64,000 nucleotides of DNA from Balanoglossus misakiensis. Taxonomy: Eukaryota; Animalia; Hemichordata. A program made the translations under genes and the position numbers. Positions 29,640 to 64,000 of the stretch are shown here, piece by piece (the first letter of the stretch is position 1; the number at the start of each line of letters is the position of its first letter). A model generated the notes under the pieces. That model saw only the letters and a program-made list of their open reading frames with translations. It did no database searches and was not told the origin of the DNA. The DNA lies in contig CM082581.2 of assembly GCA_040954595.2 (NCBI GenBank), forward strand, positions 5,200,699 through 5,264,698, written 5' to 3'.

Positions 29640-31517
29640 GTTGGATCCACTAATTTTAAACGTTTCACCTGCAAAACATAATATTTTCAGTAAATTACTA
29701 AGTGGAAAGAATTCATGGTAGATAATTTTCTGATTCACGCAGGTGGTATTTTAATGGCTGTACCAGTGTATTTTATCATTGGCTATTTTATCCCAATTAT
29801 TTGGTTTTCAAGTATCGTGGTATATGCAAATAACAAACCAGGGTGAGGAGCATATTTCATATAACTACGCTATCAGCATGTTTGTTTGGCGAAGAAACTC
29901 AAACTTCGACGAGTTGACTAATTTCTAATGGTGGAAATAACTTTCGTCCAATCACAATGCTCGTAATTACTGGCCAATTTCTTCAGCGCAGCGCAGTCAG
30001 AGGCGGAAATGGAGGCAGACTGGCTCTCGTTGTGATGTGCGTTTCGTGTTGGACCAAAAATTAAAAAAAATCCATGACGCCGACCGTCCTCAATGCAATA
30101 AGTACAAATTATTCATTGCATAGATAGACACATGGGTTTGTTGTTGCTGCACCCACCGACGTAGCTGTAGGCCTACTTACACGATAAGTTTTGTGATTAT
30201 TCTTTTGCAAGAACAGGCGGTTACGCCCCTGTTGCTAATGATAATGCTAGTCTGTTTTCTGGATGCACGCGAAAGATCCCCAAAATATTTCAGAGACTAT
30301 CCGCCACATCTACGGTTGTTAACAAGCGCCCGTGGAACCAACCGGTGACGGTTACAGTAGAAGTTTACATACATGTACGCTCGCCAGCTTGAGACCTCGT
30401 GCACGATACGCGACCAGCACTGAAGTGAAACTTTGTTCATACGTTTTTTTTCATCGGATATCGAATATTGCAGTTTTTCACGACAGTTTACAATTCACCG
30501 AGGTTGACTAAATTGACGTCAATCTTATGACGAAACTCACCTTCAATGTCATGCGATGGGGACCACACTAAACACAGTCATTTATAGCGTAACATAAATT
30601 CTGCGATTCTCGTCGAGAGTCGGGCGAAGGAAGTTGGCGAAATGTGATAGGTAAGGCGAGCATGCGCAATCAAGTTAATATGTTATAAACTGTTAATAAG
30701 TTGCATGACGCTGTGGGTGCAAAAATTTATGCGTTATTTTGACACGAACAATTATTATTCCAATATTGAGATATATCTAATTTCAACCAAAACATGTAGT
30801 TGTACTTTGTGTTCTTTTTTATCGTGTCGATATTTTGCGTACGTACGCTCTACGGGCCTGGTTATACAGTTTTCAATTTACCGTTTGCGTGCAATTTTAC
30901 CTGTTGAAAGCTTATTCTGTATATATGCATCAGCCTCAGGGTCTGTAAATCATATTATCATGGACCACTCTCCTGTGGGAAATATTCCCCTTGTATGTTT
31001 TTTCACAGTCCATAATGATGAAAAAACAACCATTCTCCGCGATTTGCTGCTGTTCACATGATGGATTCCTATTTTTCCTGCGCGTGGGGTTTGATATAGT
31101 GGACATTGGTTAACGATATATGTCAACTTGTAATTCTAGTATTTACAATAAGAAAATGTGTTGAACCACGATTCACCTACATTGCACGTTCATTTGATGC
31201 AATACTGCATGTACTTCGACCACGGATGTACAGTGGTACCAGCCCCCATGCATATATAGGCCTACGCCCATAAAACTGGGTAGACCTACATGTACATTTG
31301 GCACAGGGAGACACATTTCAACATTAAAAATAGTCAATGTCCCAATAATAAAATGCCTAATATCTTGATCGCATCCCTTTTCATCGTTTATCATACAAGA
31401 CATGACGGTAATTGTATAGGACTAACAAAATCACGTGCTATTTATCATGAATCCCCACCCGTTTTTTGATAAATTGGTTCTATTTTCCGGCCGTGCATGT
31501 GCTGAAACAAACATTAA

Positions 31518-32120
31518 AGCCCCAGTATTTCTCGTGTGCATCCATTTTTCATCATCGAAAAAAGCCCGTTTTTCCAGTACATCCATCATGGAATACTATA
31601 TAATGAAGATGTAAGAAAGGTTTGGGCAATTGTAGCTACATGCAAGCCGAAAATATCGCCCGTAACACTTGAAATGATGCGCGGGTTTGTTTACAACGGA
31701 AATGTTGTACATGTCGATCAGCAAACGTGCCACTTTGACATTTTGATGGTCAGACCATTTTCGGATTTGATCTGGTTCCATCGACTGATTTCTCCCATAA
31801 AGTTATCTTCCCAAAATTTCGCCGAATTAGTGCGCATTTCTTCGCTGAGTCGCTTGATTTGGGGCGACCAAACCTCTTCCGCATAGATTCACATTTGAGT
31901 GCGCATGCGCACTAGTCACGTGTGTCAACATTAGCCTGACTCACGTGACTTTCTGTCCGGACAGAAAGTCATTCTTCACTCGTTATATTGTAAATTGTAT
32001 GAGTTTATCAGCAGAGCTGGGGATGATGACTGTTCGATTCAGTATCAATTATCATCTACTTTTAGAAATTATAGATGCAGTTTCAAACAAAATTTTGCCC
32101 CTACGAGAAATACTGTGGCT
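31518..32120. mobile_element. 603-bp non-autonomous DNA transposon (MITE) with TTAA target duplication (Kolobok/piggyBac-type target)
   Basis: TTAA(31514-31517)-AGCCCCAGTATTTCTCGT ... ACGAGAAATACTGTGGCT-TTAA(32121-32124), a 17/18 TIR match. The paralogous site near 17660-17675 reads aacaTTAAtttaca (empty). Confidence 0.9.
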
Positions 32121-32382
32121 TTAATTTACATGTTTGAAAAGATGGGACTACAGGCAAATAATGATTTGTCTTGTCTTTTTAATTCTTCTTATAGTTCCAA
32201 GTTCGTAAAGATGGTATAACCATACTCCAGCGACTCATTCGCATTTGTTCAATGGCATTCATGCATTTTGGGATGATTGTTAGCCTTCAACAACGGAACA
32301 AACTTGTTAATAAAAGGCGCAACTTTCAATCCTGGTTCTCGCATTAGTAGATGTTTCTCCTAGTAAAACATTAAGCTAGTCG

Positions 32383-32414
<32 letters not shown>

Positions 32415-35306
32415 AGATTCCTAAGTTTCCAGTACTCTGACTTTGGGCCGACTGAGGTTTTGTCTCCATCGTGCTCTAGTTACCCACGAACCCCCATTTT
32501 ACACTGTGTCTTATCGCATATGACCATGTGAATGAAGGCTCAAGTTGCAAAATTGGGTCGGCCTATATTTCAAGTCAGCCCAGTGGACCCTCCCCCCCCC
32601 CTTCTTAGCCACAACTAAGGCGCCCCAAGGCCGACGAAGTCTGTGCTAAATCACAGTCTGACCGTGGCTAAATGAACCGTTCAGGCGAATTGCACCTTTT
32701 GCTCGGGCTTTTGCTTTAACTTTGTTTGAAATCAGCAGCTTAAACAGCCTTGCAAATTTTTTTAATGGAAAAATACAGTTCGACTCATTGATATGACAAA
32801 CCTCCTTGAAATACATTACCAATTACGTGAACGGCTCCTAGTAGAGTAGCTGGTGTTTGTGTTTGATATCGATTTATAGTATGAGGTCAAAACAGTGTCA
32901 CACACTCTGACACAATCACACAATGGAGTACAATGATGTATGTTTTTCATGGGTGGGGGGGGGGGTCGAGAGATTTTCATACTATGATACCTATATTTAA
33001 AAAAACAAGGCCTGTGACAGGAGTCAGCTGGATCGATATTGATTAAGGACAGGTTCCTATCTTGACTGTCGCCTATAAATTGTCCCAATAAATTCACGTG
33101 TCAGCTTGTACTGATTTATAGTTTTGTCCACTATACACACTGACACAGAAACGTTTTAGTGGCCAGCTTTTTATCTGCAAATCAAACTGAAATGTTCTTG
33201 AAATGTAGGCCCATTATATCAGTGAAACGGTGAAATTTGTGATGACACGAAGAAATAAATCATTGTAATTGATAATTGCATTGATCATCTGTTAGTTAGG
33301 TAGCAAATTTTTTTTTCTGTTCTCGCTTTCTTTATTTCTTTAGGAATGGGCTGTAGTGTATCAGGTGTATTCTGTATGTACCTAACTTCATACTGTCATA
33401 CATTGCAGTATGCCAGAGGTCTATAAACTTTTTCCCCCACAAACTTGATTTTTGACTGTTTTGTTGGTTGTCTGTGCTGTGCTGTGCTGTGCTATATTGT
33501 TTGACTTTTACAGCTGGCCATGTGACTGTGATATCTGACCTGATGAAATATAGATGGTACTGTAGTATACAAATGTGTACTCCAGAGTTAAATATAATCA
33601 ATGTTTTTTATTCACATCGCATAAATTGATGACAGGAAATTTGGAAAAAAGTTGATCACAACTACATTGTGTTTGGGTAAAGGTAATGTAAAAATAGTGT
33701 CAGTAACACTGTTGTCCCATTTGATTATAACGGGTTAATAATGGTGTGACTTACAATAGTCTCAAACTCTCCACTCGGGAGCAACAGTTTACTAATAGCT
33801 ATTGACTGTTCTGTCGTGATTGAAGTGTGAATAAATCTGATGGAGAATATTACTCGAACAAGGGCCATTTGAATTTTTTACCATTTATGACAAGTAATGA
33901 ATATATTTGTGCTACGGATAATTTCATTTGAATAAACATTCTGGCTACAGTTCAGCAAAGTTTTACAAAGTTTTTGCAGAGGACACAGACACATACGCAC
34001 GCATGCACACACAATACACACACACACACACACATACCGGTATAACGATGATGAATGCCAAGTTCCTACCGCTATACTATTGCATACAAATAACAAATGG
34101 GAGCTAAAATGCTGGAATAGTGAAAATACTGAACTATACTGAAAAAAAAACGATATTCATATGTACCCCATTATATATGCATGCTAAGTTTAGACTTGTA
34201 CATAATGAATAAAGGGCCCATGAATTAAAAAGAGAAGCTATCAAATGATGGGTGAAAACCAATGAAAATGTCAGGTCAATTTTCCACAAAATTAAACTTT
34301 TTTTTTTTTTTTTTTTTTGCACTACACTGACTGAAATTCCCATAGCTGGTTCAACAGATAAGCAATTTATGCACAAGTGTGTTATACATTATGTCATAGT
34401 GTTTCAAAGGGTTTCTGAGCATCACAGGCACATGCTGATGAGTTCAGGTAGATATTTTGATTATACATGATGATATGTTCCATTTAGCTTTAAACAGACC
34501 ACACACACACACTCACTCATGCATTGGCACACACATTAACCAGGAATGAGGGGGGGGGGGGGTTACATATATTCTTTTTAAAAAAATCCTTGAATATCTT
34601 TCCAATTAACTGCATCAAAAATGCTATACTTGATCTCAACATCACCAGACCAATACCTTGCATAAATGTGAAAAAATCAAAATTTACATGAGAAATTTAT
34701 ACATTTTTAAAACTCCTATAAATTTTATATATTGTTTTTTTTATATTTTCAAATACAACTCTACAGTAAAAGGTGTCCACACTGCAATGTAAATTATCCC
34801 CTGTAGGATCTATTTTGTTTGTACATTTCCAATATGGTTTGATCAAATGAAAAACAGCTGAAGCAAAATGTTTACTGAAATCTGGTTACAGGCATGTTCT
34901 CAAACACTACCAATGAACATGAAACTCAATATTCAAATAATCATGATTTATGACTCACAAGTCATACTGTATATGGCCACCAGCATTGAGAACGCAAAAT
35001 GGTCTCAGTGTCAAAACCTGATTGACACATCATCTATCATCACAGACTCAAATGAGAACGTCTTCAAAGGCAATTACGGCTAATTGAAGTGAATCCAAAA
35101 CATACATGTACATGTACATGTACATGTGTATCGCATCTTTGCTATCCAATATACAAAAAAAAGTATCTTCAGAAGTGAAATTCACAAAACTTAACTGCAT
35201 GTTCTCATGCCTAAGCTTGGATTAGATTATTCAGAAAAATTTCTGCAATAGTTTTACTGATCATGTATAACTGTTCTCAATCACGCTGACATGGGAAATA
35301 TGTTCT

Positions 35307-45085
<9,779 letters not shown>

Positions 45086-48000
45086 GTTGGATCCACTGAT
45101 TACAAACGTTTCGCCTGCAAAACATAATATTTTCAGTAAATTACTAAGTGGAAGAATTCATGGTAGATAATTTTAATGGCCGTACCAGTCTATTTTATTA
45201 TTGGCTATTTTATCCCAATTACCTGTATTTGGTTTTCAAGTATCGTGGTATGTGCAAAAAACAACCCAGGGTGAGGAGCATTTTTCATATAACTACATGT
45301 ATATCAGCATGTTTGTTTGGCGAAGAAACTCAAACTTCGACGAGTAGACTAAATTTCTAATGGTGGAAATAACTTTCGTCCAATCACAATGCTCGTAATT
45401 ACTGGCCAATGAGAGCCACATTTACAATTTCTTCAGCGGCGGAAATGGGGGCAGACTGGCTCTCGTTGTGATGTGCGTTTCGTGTTGGACCAAAAAAAAA
45501 ATCAATGAGGCCGACCGTCCTCAAGGCAATGTTTTCTTCATAAGTACAAATTATTCATTGCATAGATAGACACATGCGTTTGTTGTTGCTGCACCCACTG
45601 ACGTAGCTGTACTTGCACGATAAGTTTTGTGATTATTCTTTTGCAAGAACATGCGGCTACGTCTGTTGCTAATGATAATGCTAGTCTGTTTTCTGGATGC
45701 ACGCGAAAGATCCCCAAAATATTTCAAAGACTATCCGCCTCCTCTACGGTTGTAAACAAGCGCCCGTGAAACTAAACGGTGACGGTTACAGTAGAAGTTT
45801 ACATACATGTATGCTCGCCAGCTTGAGACTACGTGCACGGTACGCGACCAGCACTAAAGTGAAACTTTGTTCATACGTTTTTTTCATCGGATATCGAATA
45901 TTGCAGTTTTTCACGACAGTTTACAATTCACCGAGGTTGACTAAATTGACGTCAATCTTATGACGAAACTCACCTTCAATGTCATGCGATGGGAACCACA
46001 CTAAACACAGTCATTTATAGCAGAGAGTCGGGCGAAATGTGACATTAGGTAAAGGCGAGCATGCGCAATCAAGTTAATGAATTTTGCTTGGGCTTTTGCT
46101 TTCACTTTGTTTGAAATGAGCAGGTCAAACAGCCTTGCAAATTTGTGTCAATGGAAAAGTACAGAGCGACTCATTGATATGACAAACCTCCTTAAAATAC
46201 ATTACCAATTACGTGCCAGGCTCCTAGTAGAGCAGCTGGTGTTTGCGTTTGATATCGATTTATAGTATGAGGTCAAAACAGTGTCACACACTCTGACACA
46301 ATCACACAATGGAGTACAATGATGTATGTTTTTCATGGGGGGGGGGGGGTCGAGAGATCTTCATACTATTATACATATATTTAAAAAAACAAGGCCTGTG
46401 ACAGGAGTCAGCTGGATCGATATTGATTCAGGACAGGTTCCTATCTTGACTGTCGCCAATAAATTGTCCGAATAAATTCACATGCCAGCTAGTACTGATT
46501 AGTTTTGGCCACACTACATACACTAACACAGATAGAACGTTTGAGTGGCCAGCTTTTTATCTGCAAATCAAACTGAAATGTTCTTGAAATATATAGTTTT
46601 TAATAGTAGGCCCATTCTATCAGTGAAATTTGCGATGACACGAAGAAATAAATCATTGTAATTGATATTGCATCGATCATCTGTTAGATAGCAAACATTT
46701 TTTTCTGTTCTCGTATTAGGAGTGGGCTGTAGTGTATCAGATGTATTCTGTGTGTACATAACTTCGTACTGTCACACATTGCAGTATGCCAGAGGTCTAT
46801 AAACTCCCCCCACCCCCACAAACTTGATTTTTGACTGTTTTGTTGGGTGTCTGTGCTGTGCTGTGCTATATTGTTTGACTTTACTGCTGGCCATGTGACT
46901 GTCATATCTGACCTGATGATATATAGATGGTACTGTAGTATATAAATGTGTACTCCAGAGTTAAATATAATCAATGTTTTTTATTCACATCGCATAAATT
47001 GATGACAGGAAATTTGGAAAAAAGTTGATCACACCATCTTTTGTTGAATTCGACCATATCAGTAAATAAAATCTTCAAAGACTACTACCGGTATATCATT
47101 TAAGGTAGCAGGGACTACCCAGTAAAAAAAAACATATTTGCAATATTGTCATTTTCTTTAAATTTTCACAAAACGTATTGAAAGAGAAGTTCTATCCAGT
47201 GATATAAAGTAAACACCATGCTTGATTTTGTGATTTCTACTATAGAGAGTTATAGCCCCGGGAGTCCAAGAAAAATGCTGAATCCGCATTTCACTCGTCT
47301 TTTGATCCCTGTTTTATATTTTTTTAAAGTTAAAATCCATTGGTTACAAGATATATATTTTCATTTGAATAAAATCCTGGCAACTTTTCTGAAAAGTTTT
47401 ATTTGGTGGTACAAAGATTTTGCAGTGGACAGACTTGTACGCACACATGCATGCATGCACGCACTTACTCAAATACACACATACTGGTATAAAAATTAAT
47501 TTTATGCTATACCAGTACATACAAATGCCAAATGGGAGCTAAAATTCTTGAATAGTAGAAATATTGAACTAAACTGCAAAACAAACAACAATATTCAGAT
47601 GTGACTATGTTTTGACTTGTACAGAATGAATAATAGGCACATGATTAAATAATGGGAAATTATATGAATATGCCTGACAAGTTGTTTATTTTCTGCAAAT
47701 TGGGAATTAATATCTAATTTTTGTTTGCATTGCACTGACTGAAATTCCCAGTTACATTGTGCTACAGATGGGCAATTAATGCACAAACCTGTTAATAGAT
47801 TTGCATACTGTTTCATAGAGTTTCTGAACATCACGGCCAGGCACATGCTGAGTTCAGGTAGGCATTTGTATTACAAAACTGCTGGCTACTATCTGGGGGA
47901 TATATAATTATATTCTTTAGACAGCTATTAAACTATTCCTTGAACATCTTTCCAATCAACAGCATCAGCAAATGTGGCACTGAATCCCTGGATCACCAGG

Positions 48001-48263
48001 GCAATTAGCTTGCATGTGAAATAAAATGAAGTTTATATAAGAAATTTACAAATCTTGGTTTATGAACTACAAACGAAGATACATATTACATCTGTGTACT
48101 AAATTCATGTTTCAATAAACTTGTAAATTTTATCTTTTGTCCATTTAATTATTTTCAAACAGAACATATAACATATGTATACTCTATAGTTAAAGAGGCA
48201 TCCAAATTACAAGATAAAGCCCAAATAAATGTTTTTTTTTTTTTTTTTTTTTTTTTTCGATAA

Positions 48264-48705
48264 CCCCATGAGCTGCAACTCAATAAAATGTGTTAACCTT
48301 TAAATAATCTCGGATATGCTTTCAATTATGTTTATTATTAAGTTGAAAATTCCTGTTTAAATAAAAAGTGAAATATTGCAATGAAAAATGAAAATAGAAT
48401 GTCTCAATGGTGTACATTTATACTTCCATGTGTTCTAGTGGATGGGATCATGCTTTGTTTATGAAGTTTCAAAGTGGGAAATGCAACGTTTTCATTGTAT
48501 TTTTCATTTGCTACTGGTGGCAGCCTTATTATTTATATGTATTATTTATATGTATCTGGTTGAAAACTTGCATATGCACTCGTACTTAGGGCTTAAGATA
48601 CTTGTATATACTTCAGTACATACATCTGAATGGGCAAATGCGAGAACAGTTTGACAATAAATTTCATGATACTCATCTGAAAAAGTGCAGCTCATGGGGC
48701 TTTAA
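48264..48705. mobile_element. About 440-bp MITE with CCCCATGAGCTGCA terminal inverted repeats, downstream of gene E
   Basis: CCCCATGAGCTGCA 48264-48277 and TGCAGCTCATGGGG 48686-48699 followed by CTTTAA. Related decayed copies at about 37480-37776 and 39590-39667 in gene D introns. Confidence 0.7.
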
Positions 48706-49168
48706 ATTCAAATGGGACTTACGGAAAAAGTTTACTTAAGTGTGATACAGGCATGTTCTTAAACACTGCTGACGAACATAATAATAATATACGAATAGTA
48801 ATAATTTATGACTTGCAAGTCATAAATGGCCACCAACAGTGATTACACAAACTGTGGTCGGTGCCTGAATTTGATCGACCCAATCTATCATCAATGACAA
48901 AGTGACAACATGTTCAAAGGCTTATTGCAGGGAAACCAAAGCATATCTCCAAAGAATGGTATTTTTTACATAAAATATTAAAACAATACAAATACAGAGA
49001 AATCAATAATCCACCTATCTCAAGTGTTGATTCAACTGAAATTCATTAACTTTACCGCATATCAGAACTTCTGGCTTAGAGCATGCAAATTCAGAGAGTA
49101 AAATAACATGCACTGTCAAATATATAACGCGACAGTTCTCAATCAGGCTGACACGGGAAATATGTTCT

Positions 49169-60220
<11,052 letters not shown>

Positions 60221-60592
60221 GGTGGTCTGGTTACATTTACTGAAAACAGAGATGACAAATGATAATAATATAAAACCATACTAATCCATGTTGATTTGAA
60301 ACTATTTCAAATCATGTAAAACATTACAGCTAGTGTTTAACTCATATGTGTAAATGATGGTTTAACTGACTGACCCGGAGTTTGAAACAAGTGTGTTACC
60401 AGATATGTACTGATATGCCCTGGGCTTGGACTCTTCTTGTGTCACTCTCATAAATTTGTGGACATTACATTGCAGTGGCCAGACATTTTGATGCAGTAAT
60501 TATGAAACTATATCCCTAAGTTCAAAGCCAGATATTATTATACAAAGAGATAGTAATTGACAATACATTGTACACTGTCACTGGAATCACTA

Positions 60593-60789
60593 CTGTAAAA
60601 CACTTTATTTTCGCGAGCATTAAATTTACGCTAAATATGCGAGAGCCAAAACAATGCGAAAATAAAGACTCGCGTACATATAGTTGTGAAAGAACAATGT
60701 GTGACAACGCGAAAATTAATACTCGCGTAACAGTGGCCTCTCTCGATATCGCGAAAATTTTGACTCGCGAAAAAAAAAGTGTTTTACAG
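60593..60789. mobile_element. Second copy of the same TA-flanked MITE family, in intron 1 of gene E
   Basis: TA-CTGTAAAACAC ... GTGTTTTACAG-TA. Shares internal motifs (GCGAGAGCCAAAA, ACGCGAAAATTAAT, GATATCGCGAAAA) with 15503-15682. A fragment also lies at about 20330-20380. Confidence 0.85.
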
Positions 60790-61297
60790 TATTTGCAGCT
60801 AGATTCAAATGGTTGCTAGATCAATATCGCTAAATTGCAAATGTGTTTATTAATATGCAAATTGGCAATAAATTACAAGATATCTTTATGAACAATTCCT
60901 CCCTGAAGTTTCAGCAATGGTAAAGTCACTTAAAATGTAAGAAGGGGGGGGGGGCACTCAGGCCTGACTTTAGCTTCAGGGCCTATGTGCACGCCACACA
61001 CAATACCTGGCAAAAACAGCTACAGTACTATACCGCAACATGGTTTCAGCAGCCACAATGCTAAATATAGTGGGTCAAAGTGGTGTATAAAAGAAAAGGA
61101 AGTGGATTCACTAAAGAATTACAGAATCATTCACGGCTACATAGGTCTAATCAATACATGCATGCAGATTCATTTTTCTGATTATAGCATTACTAGTAAA
61201 TAACAAGGCACGATCTGCTCAATTGGTTATCATGTGCAGTTTTTGTACCAGGACCCAATCGTGATCGCCCATGGTAGCTGTCTAGTTTGTCGTTGTT

Positions 61298-61375
61298 TAG
61301 CTGTGGTACGCAGCTGTACCGTGGGGGTAATCAGCCCCCCCCCCCCCCAAACGGTACAGCTGCGTACCACAGCTA
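61298..61375. mobile_element. 78-bp mini-MITE/hairpin with perfect 25-bp arms
   Basis: TAGCTGTGGTACGCAGCTGTACCGT (61298-61322) is the exact reverse complement of 61351-61375, with a G/C-run spacer. Confidence 0.7.
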
Positions 61376-61497
61376 GTTGTTGTTCAGAGTACTGTTCTGA
61401 CTGACTCCAATTTCCAAAAAGAACGGACGATAGGAAACTACATGTAACATTTTCCTGGCTAGATTATTTCACTGACTCGGTCTGTGCGTTTACTCAC

Positions 61498-61640
61498 CTG
61501 TCACTCCAAGGGCTACCTATGATGAACGAAGACAGCTAGGTTGCGCTGTGAGGGTTGATCATGGGGGAAAGCAGTCACACCAACAAAATGGTGGCTATTT
61601 CTTCCTCGTCGTAGCTACCACAACGCGTATGTACTGAGTT
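61498..61640 (-). other. Putative non-coding first exon of gene E (5' boundary approximate)
   Basis: Strong donor CAG|GTGAGT at 61498/61497. Matching acceptor TTTTCAG before 60239, 19 nt ahead of the ATG at 60220 (CCACCATGG Kozak context). Confidence 0.55.
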
Positions 61641-61656
61641 CTCGTCCCCTGGATGT

Positions 61657-61769
61657 TTCCGGGAATCCCCTATGACGTCACATAAAGCCTGCCAATTACA
61701 AAGCACTGTTTTTATGACGTCACACCCAGAAACGGGGATTTCCCATCCACATGACAGACACTAACCAAT
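61657..61769. promoter_or_regulatory. Immune-type promoter of gene E: STAT GAS, two NF-kB sites, two CREs, two CCAAT boxes
   Basis: TTCCGGGAA 61657-61665; GGGAATCCCC 61661-61670; TGACGTCA 61673-61680 and 61715-61722; GGGGATTTCCC 61734-61744; CCAAT 61692-61696 and 61765-61769. Locally CpG-rich and just upstream of a CAG|GTGAGT donor at 61498. Confidence 0.75.
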
Positions 61770-64000
61770 CACGGCGTCAAAAAGTTACGGACTGGTGGAT
61801 TTCAACCAGGGGAGTGTTGGCACAGAAAAAAGGGTTGGGGGGGGGGGGGGGGGTGTCATGTAATTTTCTCAACACATTTAGGCAATCTCTTATGACGAAG
61901 TTATTTTTATTGTCTCCTCTTGTTAATTTAACGGAGGTACGTACGTATGTTGTTTTTCTGATAAAGTATTGAGCCATCATTTAGGAAAGTTTAGTCATGT
62001 GTGACCTCGATCTGCACTTCACTCACAGGGACAAAAACAGTCAGACAACATCACAATCTCTATGTTTGTATCCACTTTATTCTTGCATCAAAACAGTGCC
62101 TCAGTCAATACATTTCACGCTTTAATCTGGCATAAAGATGCAAAACTATTGCAAACTTCAATTTCTTTGTTGTACACCTCTTTTAAACCCATGATATACC
62201 AGTACATCAAACTAAAATGATACACAACACAAAATCTTACGTAATTAAGATATAATTAAAAGCTGCAATAATTTCTCTAAAATATACTGCTTCAAACATC
62301 AAAAAGATGCAATCATTATTATTAGTAGTTACTGTTTCATTTCTTACATGTAAAACTCGCTTCATTGAAACTTGCAAATTGGCAAATTATTAATTTAAAA
62401 TATATTTTTCCAGCACCTTTGCAGCAATTAGCGTTATGGGATAAAAACTGTACTGATATGAAGTGAATAAACATAAATTATTTTTCCCAAATAAAACCAA
62501 GTAAATGTATTATAATAAATTTAATTTAATTTAAAATTTCATTAAATGAAGCAGTCATTATCACAGAAAAGAGTAATATAAATATGCAGTTCACAGATAC
62601 CCACAGACTAAACAACACACTACCTACTTTTATTTAATTGTTTGGTTTTGATTCTTTACAAACAGATGCTTCAAATTGACAATAACATTTTGTGAGACAT
62701 TATACCGTTCAATTTACTGTTTCAAAAGGACTATGTCATTATCATGTGACATTGTGTTTCATGTACAGGATTATAAAGTCATAAACATTGTTCTGCCTAG
62801 TGTAAATTGAAATGATGGTAGATAAAACTTTGTTGACAATTTTCAGATATATCACATTCAATTTTGGTAGATGTCTGATATTGTTTCATCATGGTTATAA
62901 GTATTCACATTTTTTTCTCAAAATGTATTAGTTCTACCAACTACTGATCCAGCAGGGCTTAATCAGCAGAACAACATAAACAACTTCTTATTGAAACAGA
63001 AATGACACAAATTACATGTCAAAAGATATTAACGAGACTTGCATGGTTTCTCAGTTGAGAGCTTAATTAACCATAATTAGAACATTGTTTAGTAATTATC
63101 ATCTGTGACATATCCCAACAACTACACCAATCCATTGACGAGGTCTGCAAAGTGTGGGAATGGACTGTGGTGAAACTCAGGCACCTACAGTACGGCTGAC
63201 CTCGCTTGACCTCACTATTACAATAAATATGAAATGGTGGGAAATTTGCAAACATGATTGTATCACACTGTTATATAGTGGTGAATAGATTAACACTCAA
63301 TCACACAAAAATACTAGTTTTATTCATATGCTTATTCACTATTGGCACTCAGGCAGAAGTCATACTCTGACACATTGGTAAAATAACATCTTCCATTATT
63401 ACCCAGATCAGGTACAGACAAAATGCCATCCACTTACCAAACACATGTACACACACACATTAGAAAACTACTTGACAAGTAAAACTATTCTATCTTGAAA
63501 ATCTTAACATTTCTGGGGTGGGTACGATGAACGAAAAAATCTTAACTTTAAAACATCTTAAAAATGGACAGATAAGGGGAAATGAAACAGACTAAAAATG
63601 TGGGAATTCTAATAATATACTCTTCTCATATTCTTTTGGAGTTTTTCCCTTCATCCATTCCAATTCTTTGTTCTTTTCAAACAATCTCTGTTTTATCTTA
63701 CTTTCATTCTGTCATGAAAATCAAACCACAAACTAGCCGTTGGATCAACAATCAATGCAATAAATAATGATAATTCAATGAAACAAAATAATTTAAAAGT
63801 AAATTACACATTTACAGTTTAATTCTTATGATTCTGTGTATACCAGTGTTGACAGAGAACGAAAGGTGAGAAAGAACCTGGAAACTTGCGTATTAACCAA
63901 ACTCCTAGACTGAGACCAACCTCACAAATTTAGGAGATATGTGTATATGTAAACCCAGCTGAGTCACAAACAGAGCATACAACTTCAACTCTTATATGTT

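Noticed and set aside
61980-64000. Possible divergently transcribed partner gene (PARP9-like) upstream of gene E
   Set aside because: The region is AT-rich with no credible coding exon inside the window.

Overview
AT-rich, intron-containing animal genomic DNA, not prokaryotic. It looks like a marine invertebrate, but the species cannot be determined from sequence alone. About 60 kb of the window is a head-to-tail tandem array of five minus-strand Deltex-3-like (DTX3L-type) E3 ubiquitin-ligase genes, reconstructed by hand from GT/AG junctions with consistent reading phases. Gene E (60220-49169) has an RRM-like N-terminus, KH-like repeats, an internal macrodomain and a C-terminal RING+DTC. Its promoter carries two NF-kB sites, a STAT GAS site and two CREs. 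In genes D (45085-35307), C (29639-21514), B (15325-6813) and the partial A (3085 to beyond base 1) a near-identical TRIM RING-Bbox-Bbox-coiled-coil exon takes the place of the RRM exons, predicting TRIM-Deltex dual-RING chimeras. Each paralog is edited differently. D lacks two exons and a 343-codon KH-like block. C has a 1-nt homopolymer frameshift just before its macrodomain. B has lost the macrodomain, duplicated its RING and substituted the DTC His/Glu catalytic pair. Also present are MITEs (two with an empty site in a paralog), microsatellites and perfect hairpins. Splicing models and functions are inferences that need transcript data.
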